Positions 17,931 through 24,652 of a DNA stretch of 32,000 bases are shown piece by piece. The notes under the pieces are model-generated. The model made no database searches and was not told where the DNA came from. It saw only the letters and a list, made by a program, of their open reading frames with translations. The number at the start of each line of letters is the position of its first letter. Position 1 is the stretch's first letter. Source of the DNA: Acaryochloris marina S15 (GTDB lineage Bacteria > Cyanobacteriota > Cyanobacteriia > Thermosynechococcales > Thermosynechococcaceae); contig NZ_CP064923.1 of the NCBI RefSeq assembly GCF_018336915.1, positions 2,070,001 to 2,102,000 on the forward strand, read 5' to 3'. Made by a program: the position numbers and the translations under genes.

Positions 17931-19064
17931 CTAGGCATTAGCCTGTCGAATCCGAGATTTTGTAAATCGATTCATCCAGCCTTCTAAATATTTGCGATTG
18001 GCTTTTTGTTCTTCCAAATCATCAGTGGTCAACGAATGTGGTGCTAGCCCCTGAAGAGCAGCCGTTGTCACGCAAAACATTGATTTTTGGAATGTCTCAC
18101 AAATTTGAATTTTAAGGTCTTCCTCCTTGCGCAAGGTTTTGCGATAAACCTCGATTAGGTAGTCAGGTAAATAGTGGCGCATATCTTGCATCAACAGTGT
18201 CGGGGGAATACCCGAGCTACCAATCGGAAGCGGATCCGCATAGAGAGCGCCATAGGCAAAATCACTCTGGAACATGGGGATTTGATAGGCCTGGGCATTG
18301 TAAGAAATCGTTCCAGAGAACGGAGTACCTCTGAAAAAGATTGCCTCAACATAGGGAACGGCTGTATCCATTAGGAAAGTTAGATTGGCAGACTTGGGAA
18401 GAATGTCATAGTCTTTACCGCCAATTTTGACCGTATATGTGATGGGGCGACTCGCGTCTGCCACTAAACCTTGCAAAATATGATCAACAACGTCGGGAAT
18501 CGTTTTGATTTCACCCGCATCGTAGCGATCAGAGAGAGTGATAAACATATCACTCATGACCCGCCAAAACTGTCCTAACCCGCTATAGTAAGCCATCTGT
18601 CGGATTTGTTCGGGCAGAAAGTCAGGAAAAGCACGATCTAATCCCAACATTACTGGATTGAGTTTGAATTTGGCCTTAATTGCAGGTTTAATCGCTGCCA
18701 TAAACTCTGGGGAGTCCAGGTATGTGTCTAACCCTCCCCCACCATGCCAGAACATACCTTTCATGCAATATTCGGCATATTCATAATTAATCCGGTCATG
18801 CCAGAGAAATTTCAAAACCTTACCTGGATTGATCTCACCATTAAAATATTTAAACAGCGGAAAAAGAACTAAGAATTGGTGATCGGCAATATATATCAGA
18901 TTATTGGAATAGGCATCCAAAATAACCCCATAGCTTTTCAGAATTCCCACCACTTCTAAGACATGTTCTGGGGAATCTCTTAGCAGTGCTTCTCCCGCTT
19001 CCAAGCGATGAATGAACTCTGCCATTTGGTGTTTAGAGGGCTCTATTTGAGGCGTGCTTACCAT
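17931..19064 (-). CDS. cupA: CO2 hydration protein of the ChpX/ChpY (CupB/CupA) family, called CupA by operon context
   Basis: The 377-aa ORF carries FIHRLEAGEALL, VVGILKSYG, YIADHQFLVLFPLFKYFNG, WHDRINYEYAEYCMKGMFWHGGGGLD and GLGQFWRVM. It is the third gene after the ndhF/ndhD paralogs. The CupA versus CupB subtype rests on synteny only: a divergent arrangement next to ccmK, as I recall for Anabaena PCC 7120. Confidence 0.8.
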   Translation of the reverse strand: MVSTPQIEPSKHQMAEFIHRLEAGEALLRDSPEHVLEVVGILKSYGVILDAYSNNLIYIADHQFLVLFPLFKYFNGEINPGKVLKFLWHDRINYEYAEYCMKGMFWHGGGGLDTYLDSPEFMAAIKPAIKAKFKLNPVMLGLDRAFPDFLPEQIRQMAYYSGLGQFWRVMSDMFITLSDRYDAGEIKTIPDVVDHILQGLVADASRPITYTVKIGGKDYDILPKSANLTFLMDTAVPYVEAIFFRGTPFSGTISYNAQAYQIPMFQSDFAYGALYADPLPIGSSGIPPTLLMQDMRHYLPDYLIEVYRKTLRKEEDLKIQICETFQKSMFCVTTAALQGLAPHSLTTDDLEEQKANRKYLEGWMNRFTKSRIRQANA

Positions 19065-19102
19065 AGCTGATGGGGGATATAAGGAAAAACAAGTTGCAGA
19101 AG

Positions 19103-20689
19103 CTAATCAGTAATCTCTATGTGTGGACTAGAGGCCGCGATAGGGCTAGAGACATTGGCCATTGATTGTTCGGGGATATTGGTGATCATAATTTGTGGCG
19201 GTCTGGGATTGTATGGAATCAAAGCAGCGATCTGAGTTTCACTCCAACGAACAATATAGTTGGGCTGAATCCCGAGTAAGAAAATGAGTGCCACTAAAAT
19301 TGCGGCCGGGAGGCGATCAGACCATGTAACTGGAGGAATTCGGTCTAACTCATCCGGCAACCGGCCAAAGAAGACCCGATTAATCATTAATAGAAAGTAA
19401 ACGGCAGTCAACCCAGTTGCTAACATACAAAACAGCGTTTGAACTGGGAAAATAGGATAGCTTCCCCTAAAGGTGAGAAATTCAGATATAAAGCCCACCA
19501 TTCCAGGAATCCCTGCACTGGCCATTACACCTAGAATCATCATGCTACCGATCAGGGGCAAGCCTCGCTCAGGATTTAATAAGCCCCTGAGGAAAAACAT
19601 ATCTCGACTACCCGTTTTTTTATAAACGACGCCAACGAGCATGAATAATAAGGCAGAAATCAAGCCGTGACTGACCATCTGGCATACGGCGGCAATCATA
19701 CTCAATTCAGTGGAAGCAGCTGCGGCCAGCAAGATAAAGGCCATGTGGGCAATGGAAGCATAGGCCACCACCTTTTTCATATCCTGCTGAGAGATGGCGC
19801 AAGAGGTACCGTAAAGGGCACTCACCGCAGCCCAAATTGCTAGCCAGGGTCCTAAATACACCCAGGCATCGGGTAACAACCCCACACCATAGCGGAGCAA
19901 GCCATAGGTTCCCAGCTTGAGCAGCACGCCAGCCAACATCACAGAAACGGGCGTTGAGGCTTCTACGTGGGCGTCAGGCAACCAGGTATGTAAAGGAAAG
20001 AAAGGAATCTTGATACCAAATCCCAGCAGGATTCCTACCATCAAGATCAATTGAAGTTTTAGTGTCAAGCCACTAGGGGTATCTGAAGCGCCCACAATAA
20101 TGGCTCGCAAAGGCTCATAGGCAAAGCTAGAGGCCCCTGACAACCAGACAATGCCGAGAAATGTTGCCAGCAATACAATGCCTGAGAAAGCAGTATAGAG
20201 TAGGAACTTGGTGGCTGCATAACTGCGGCGTGCCCCACCCCAAATCGCAATCAAGAAATAGAGGGGGATAATTTCTAACTCGTAGAACAAGAAAAAGAGG
20301 AGGACATCCTGGGCAAGAAAAGCACCTGCCACGCTGGAGTTGAGCAGCAGCATCAGCGCGAAATAAAATCTGGGCCGCTTGACATCAGGCTCCGTAATCC
20401 AAATCGCGATCAGCGTCAAGAGACTGTTCAGGGCCAGCAGGGGCAGAGACAATCCATCTACAGCTAAGTGATAACTGAGACCGAGAGATTTAATCCAGGG
20501 CACAAATTCCCCAAACTGCATGGTGACTTGCTTCGGATTGAACAGAATAGCGATATAAATTGTCCAAGCTAGAACCAAGCTTGCTACTACCAATGTGAAG
20601 GTGCGAGCATATTTGGTATCGATGCTTTTGGGCCAAATCGCCAATAGCAGTACTCCAAACAAAGGTAACCATACGAGAACACTGAGCAT
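19103..20689 (-). CDS. ndhD3: NDH-1 subunit NdhD of the CO2-uptake type (NdhD3/D4 clade), called NdhD3 by context
   Basis: This is a polytopic antiporter-like subunit (WLPDAHVEASTPVSVMLAGVLLKLGTYG). I place the start at the ATG at 20689 (MLSVLVWLPLFG), which leaves a 44-nt gap after the ndhF3 stop. The track's 30-codon upstream extension to 20779 would overlap ndhF3 and looks non-native. Confidence 0.82.
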   Translation of the reverse strand: MLSVLVWLPLFGVLLLAIWPKSIDTKYARTFTLVVASLVLAWTIYIAILFNPKQVTMQFGEFVPWIKSLGLSYHLAVDGLSLPLLALNSLLTLIAIWITEPDVKRPRFYFALMLLLNSSVAGAFLAQDVLLFFLFYELEIIPLYFLIAIWGGARRSYAATKFLLYTAFSGIVLLATFLGIVWLSGASSFAYEPLRAIIVGASDTPSGLTLKLQLILMVGILLGFGIKIPFFPLHTWLPDAHVEASTPVSVMLAGVLLKLGTYGLLRYGVGLLPDAWVYLGPWLAIWAAVSALYGTSCAISQQDMKKVVAYASIAHMAFILLAAAASTELSMIAAVCQMVSHGLISALLFMLVGVVYKKTGSRDMFFLRGLLNPERGLPLIGSMMILGVMASAGIPGMVGFISEFLTFRGSYPIFPVQTLFCMLATGLTAVYFLLMINRVFFGRLPDELDRIPPVTWSDRLPAAILVALIFLLGIQPNYIVRWSETQIAALIPYNPRPPQIMITNIPEQSMANVSSPIAASSPHIEITD

Positions 20690-20733
20690 TGGGGTAAGAC
20701 GAACTCCTAAAACGAAATACTGGAGAATGACTG

Positions 20734-22635
20734 CTATTGACTGATGAGTGCAGACCAATACCCAACAATGGTGGACCAATCATCCCTCAGTAACAGCCAT
20801 AAAATGGCACTTATGCCGACGATGATGGTGAGCAAATAAGATTGAGATTGGCCAGAGACACCGTACTTGAGACCTTGTCCACTTAATAAGGTGGCTTTAC
20901 CGACGAAATTAATTATTCCATCAACAACATATTTATCGAGATAAGTTGTGAATTCGGAAGACAGGCGAACAACGGCAACTACAGTGAATTCGTATACACG
21001 CTCAATATAGAAGTCATAGGCCAACAGATCCTGGAAAAAGCGTAAAAAGAACTGGGTCGGTCGTGATAAAGAACGTCTCAGTTCAAACACAGAACCCAAT
21101 ACCACACCGATCACACCTGATGCTACCAAAATAGGGAGGCCGTAAGGAATGGAGGATTCACTAAAGACGGCAGCAGAGGGAATAGGGTTGAGCCACAAAG
21201 ACCACTTCAATGGCATCAATGGAAAAGCCAACACTGCAATAGTCATGGTCACCATCGGGACTGCCATCAACCAGGGTACTTCAGGGACTCGTCGAGTTTT
21301 TTCTTGGCGTTGCCCCAGAAAGATTAAGCGAAAGATGCGAGTGAGACTGATGGCGCTGGTGGTATTCACAAAGAGGAGCAAAACAAAGAGCCAAACCGGC
21401 ATATTCCACCCGCCAGTAAGCCATTGCTGCATCATTCGGAAAAATCCCATCGGCAGAATCACTACTAGACTGCCAGCTCCCACAATAAAAGCAGTGGTTG
21501 TAGCAGGCAGCCGTGACCACAGACCTCCCATTTCTGTCATGTCTTGACTATTCGTGCCCAGAATGACTGAACTGATACTGAAGAAAAGGAGTGCTTTTGC
21601 GATCGCATGGGCTAGCAGCAACGATAGGGCAATGTTCACGTGCCCCAATCCCACCGCAATAAACACCAAACCCAAATAGGCACTGGTGGAATGAGATAAG
21701 GCTCGCTTGATATCTACCTGAGCAATGGAAATCAATGAAGCGCCAACAGCTGTAACGCCGCCAATAATCAATAAGGTGTCAGATGCAATGAGGGACAGAC
21801 TAAAAATAGGCTGCAGCTTAATCAAGAAGTAAGCTCCGATGGAGACAACAGCCGTGTTCCGCATTATCCCCGCTGGATTTGGACCTTCCATGGCTTCATC
21901 CAGCCATAGGTTCAAAGGAAATTGAGCACAATTGCCCGTAGGACCCGCAATTAAGGCCAGTCCCAGTAAGGCATCCGTTAGGGGAGGTAAAGAAGTGGAT
22001 TCACTCCATGCTCTTAAGTCTGAAAAGGTCAATCCAGCCCCATAGCTAGTTAAAGCCACTAATCCCATCAATAGGATAATGTCACCCACTCGCTTGGTCA
22101 GAAAGGCATCCCGAGCTGCTGTGACTACCAGCGGCTGAGCATACCAAAAGCCCACCAAGAGATAGCTAGAAAAAGTGAGCATTTCCAATAAGGCATAGCT
22201 CAGAATCAACGAGTCACTAATGGCGATGCCTGCAAGCGCCCCTTCGAAAAAGCCCATCAGTCCAAAAAATCGGGCGACAGACCAGTCCTTGTCCATATAG
22301 CCAATCGCAAAGACCTGGGTCAGTAGACTCAGAAAAGTAACTAATTCTAAGGCACCGATACTGACAGGAGAAATTTCAATTGCAAAGGTTAAATTTAAGT
22401 CTGCAACTTGCAGCCATTCATAGACCAGTTGTTGTGGAGGTTGGCCTAGAACTTGCTGAAAAACAATCGTGCCATGCAAGCAGCTTAAAAACGTCATCAA
22501 GATATTGAAATAAGCGACTGGGCGGGGCCCACTTCGCCGGATTAATCCCATTGACCAGGGGAGAGAGAATAGAGCCCCTAGCAATCCAAAAAAGGGAATC
22601 CACCAGATATGTTCAAAAAGAAATTGCGACAGCAC
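20734..22635 (-). CDS. ndhF3: NDH-1 subunit NdhF of the CO2-uptake type (NdhF3/F4 clade), called NdhF3 by context
   Basis: The 633-aa polytopic ORF has a GTG start, an N-terminus of MLSQFLFEHIWWIPFFGLLGALFSLPWSMGLIRRSGPRPVAYFN and an NuoL/NdhF core (LWLDEAMEGPNPAG). It is the first gene of the F-D-Cup operon. Confidence 0.82.
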   Translation of the reverse strand: MLSQFLFEHIWWIPFFGLLGALFSLPWSMGLIRRSGPRPVAYFNILMTFLSCLHGTIVFQQVLGQPPQQLVYEWLQVADLNLTFAIEISPVSIGALELVTFLSLLTQVFAIGYMDKDWSVARFFGLMGFFEGALAGIAISDSLILSYALLEMLTFSSYLLVGFWYAQPLVVTAARDAFLTKRVGDIILLMGLVALTSYGAGLTFSDLRAWSESTSLPPLTDALLGLALIAGPTGNCAQFPLNLWLDEAMEGPNPAGIMRNTAVVSIGAYFLIKLQPIFSLSLIASDTLLIIGGVTAVGASLISIAQVDIKRALSHSTSAYLGLVFIAVGLGHVNIALSLLLAHAIAKALLFFSISSVILGTNSQDMTEMGGLWSRLPATTTAFIVGAGSLVVILPMGFFRMMQQWLTGGWNMPVWLFVLLLFVNTTSAISLTRIFRLIFLGQRQEKTRRVPEVPWLMAVPMVTMTIAVLAFPLMPLKWSLWLNPIPSAAVFSESSIPYGLPILVASGVIGVVLGSVFELRRSLSRPTQFFLRFFQDLLAYDFYIERVYEFTVVAVVRLSSEFTTYLDKYVVDGIINFVGKATLLSGQGLKYGVSGQSQSYLLTIIVGISAILWLLLRDDWSTIVGYWSALISQ

Positions 22636-23360
22636 GACTTAGTCAATTAGGGTTTGCAACGATTGGTGATTAACTCACAACCTTTAAGACTGTAAATCTT
22701 TATCTGCGATATAGTCAGGCATTTCAGATAAAAGTAGTTCAAAACTCATAAAGATTTTTGCTGCACTGTGAAGTAGAGAGATATGCAAAAAAAATCTTTA
22801 TAAAAATTGTTTCTAAGTTATGACTATTATTGATTTATTTTTCATATATTATCCATCGTATCAAAATATGGTAAATATCAATAAATATATTTTTATCAAT
22901 CTTATGTATGGATATTTATAAATAGTATTTCTCACTTTTTAGCAACGGCTGAAGTCTTATTCCGAAGAAACTGTCTGTGAATTTGCATCATTTCTGTATG
23001 GTGATCGAGAAGCAGTCTATGACCTCTCAATTTAGCTGCCATAGGCTTTTTCAAGATTGCAGATTATCCATTGATTTTCTTCAATGCCCTACAAACAAAT
23101 CTCCAATGCATTGATTTTTCGAGGGAGACATCCCAGTTCTTTCATCTATAAGACCCGATCGAATATCAGTTTTATTTATTGATTCAATTTGGATAAATAA
23201 TCCACGTTTATATTGACAAAGCTGATCCCGGGTCTATATGCTGAGTTCTGCAAGCTTGAAAGTGCTTCCAAATAAAGCTGTTTAATAGCTTTCATGTAAG
23301 AGTTTTTAGGTAGCAAAACTACCTAGTAATATTTAATGTTCAATAACAGGAGATGTGGCA
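22636..23360. promoter_or_regulatory. Divergent control region between ndhF3 and ccmK2
   Basis: This 725-bp stretch has no credible ORF and is visibly far more AT-rich than the flanking genes. It must hold both operon promoters. It contains several perfect dyads and repeated ATTGA/TCAAT half-sites, detailed in the findings. Confidence 0.8.
23213..23240 (+). promoter_or_regulatory. Candidate sigma70-type promoter of the ccm operon
   Basis: TTGACA (23213-23218) is followed by a 16-nt spacer and TATATG (23235-23240), about 120 nt upstream of the ccmK2 ATG. This is a sequence match only. Confidence 0.35.
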
Positions 23361-23669
23361 ATGCCAATTGCGGTTGGGATGATTGAGACGAAAGGTTTTC
23401 CTGCTGTGGTAGAAGCTGCGGATGCGATGGTGAAAGCAGCTCGTGTAACGCTGGTGGGCTATGAGAAGATTGGTAGCGGCCGCGTCACAGTGATTGTAAG
23501 AGGAGATGTTTCTGAGGTTCAAGCTTCGGTCGCCGCCGGAACAGAATCTGTCAGAAGAGTCAATGGGGGAGAAGTTCTTTCAACTCATATCATTGCTCGT
23601 CCTCATGAGAACCTCGAGTACGTACTACCGATGAGTTACACGGAAGAAGTAGAACAATTCCGAACGTAA
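23361..23669 (+). CDS. ccmK2: Carboxysome shell hexamer protein CcmK (short, CcmK2-like paralog)
   Basis: It has a single BMC domain, [57 protein letters not shown], and is 102 aa long. AGGAG lies 8 nt upstream of the ATG at 23361. The track's GTG at 23355 adds two residues and is less likely. Confidence 0.93.
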   Translation: MPIAVGMIETKGFPAVVEAADAMVKAARVTLVGYEKIGSGRVTVIVRGDVSEVQASVAAGTESVRRVNGGEVLSTHIIARPHENLEYVLPMSYTEEVEQFRT

Positions 23670-23782
23670 TAGCTATCAATCATTCGGTGTAAATATTCAC
23701 CCAGAGTGATTTCATAAAAGTCTTGCCCCTTTATGGTCAAGACATCATTCCTTAAAAAAGCGAAAGAATGGAGTTATAAACT

Positions 23783-24130
23783 ATGTCGATAGCAGTTGGG
23801 ATGGTGGAAACCCTCGGATTCCCAGCAGTGGTCGAAGCTGCTGATGCCATGGTCAAAGCAGCTCGTGTCACCTTAGTCGGTTATGAGAAGATCGGTAGTG
23901 GCCGGGTCACGGTTATTGTTCGGGGCGACGTTTCAGAAGTTCAGGCTTCGGTTGCTGCCGGTACTGAGTCGGTCAAGCGTGTGAATGGTGGACAGGTTTT
24001 GTCTACTCATATCATTGCTCGCCCTCACGAAAATCTCGAGTATGTGTTGCCCATGCGCTATACCGAGGAAGTTGAGCAATTCCGTGAAAGTGTAAACGGA
24101 CCGCGTGCGCTCCCTATTCGTAAATCCTAG
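23783..24130 (+). CDS. ccmK1: Carboxysome shell hexamer protein CcmK (CcmK1-like paralog with a 13-aa C-terminal tail)
   Basis: The 115-aa BMC-domain protein is about 93 percent identical to the upstream paralog over 102 aa and has an extra C-terminal tail, [13 protein letters not shown]. The order K2-K1-L-M-N matches Synechocystis. Confidence 0.92.
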   Translation: MSIAVGMVETLGFPAVVEAADAMVKAARVTLVGYEKIGSGRVTVIVRGDVSEVQASVAAGTESVKRVNGGQVLSTHIIARPHENLEYVLPMRYTEEVEQFRESVNGPRALPIRKS

Positions 24131-24142
24131 ACACAAATCTGA

Positions 24143-24430
24143 GTGAGAATCGCAAAAGTTCTAGGTACCGTAGTTAGTACCCAAAAAGCTCACAGCCTCC
24201 AGGGCACCAAGTTCTTGTTGGTACAGCGAGTTGATCATGAAGGTCAATTGCTTCCTGAATATGATGTAGCTGCCGATTGTGTAGGAGCAGGGGTTGATGA
24301 GTGGGTACTTATTACTCAAGGCAGTGCAGCTAGGCAAATGCCTGAATATGAACGGCGGCCATTAGATGCCTTAGTCATTGCCATTATTGATACCGTCTCG
24401 GTCTCAGGGGGACGTATCTACAATAAGTAA
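24143..24430 (+). CDS. ccmL: Carboxysome vertex pentamer protein CcmL (EutN/CcmL family)
   Basis: The 95-aa ORF has a GTG start and begins MRIAKVLGTVVSTQK, the canonical CcmL N-terminus. It lies 12 nt after the ccmK1 stop. Confidence 0.92.
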   Translation: MRIAKVLGTVVSTQKAHSLQGTKFLLVQRVDHEGQLLPEYDVAADCVGAGVDEWVLITQGSAARQMPEYERRPLDALVIAIIDTVSVSGGRIYNK

Positions 24431-24652
24431 TCTATTTTGGAATTCCGTTGCTCGGATACATTTTCCAACCTTCTAGGAGGTGTGATTGCTTAAAGTCTTA
24501 CATAAGATTGTCGGCATCCCAGCTGACTTCTTTGGCTGTTTGGATCATTGAAGTTGTCCCTGAGGCATCTCGATTGATTTCTAAGCCTAGTTAGCCTTCT
24601 CTTCTTTTGTCACTACTCACTCGCAATCGCGTTTTGTGTAGGGGAGTTCATC

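Noticed and set aside
20690-20783. N-terminal extension of ndhD3 to 20779 and ORF 20490-20783
   Set aside because: The extension (MVHHCWVLVCTHQSIAVILQYFVLGVRLTP) overlaps the 3' end of ndhF3 and precedes the canonical MLSVLVWLPLFG N-terminus. The second ORF is an alternative frame of ndhD3.
21149-21547. A 132-aa + strand ORF and 79-aa and 61-aa - strand ORFs within ndhF3
   Set aside because: They are antisense to, or out of frame with, a 633-aa polytopic NdhF frame, and their composition is typical of shadow ORFs.
22636-23360. The AT-rich 725-bp region as a mobile-element remnant or genomic-island boundary
   Set aside because: It has no terminal inverted repeats, direct-repeat target duplications, transposase or integrase fragments, or tRNA. 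Its position between two divergently transcribed operons explains an AT-rich promoter region.
22636-23360. Search for canonical NtcA boxes (GTA-N8-TAC) and the ATAG-N8-CTAT NdhR motif in the CCM spacer
   Set aside because: Reading by eye, I found only near-misses (GTA-N7-TAC at 23310-23322, GTA-N8-TAT and GTA-N8-TAA variants) and no ATAG-N8-CTAT. I make no claim for these specific sites.
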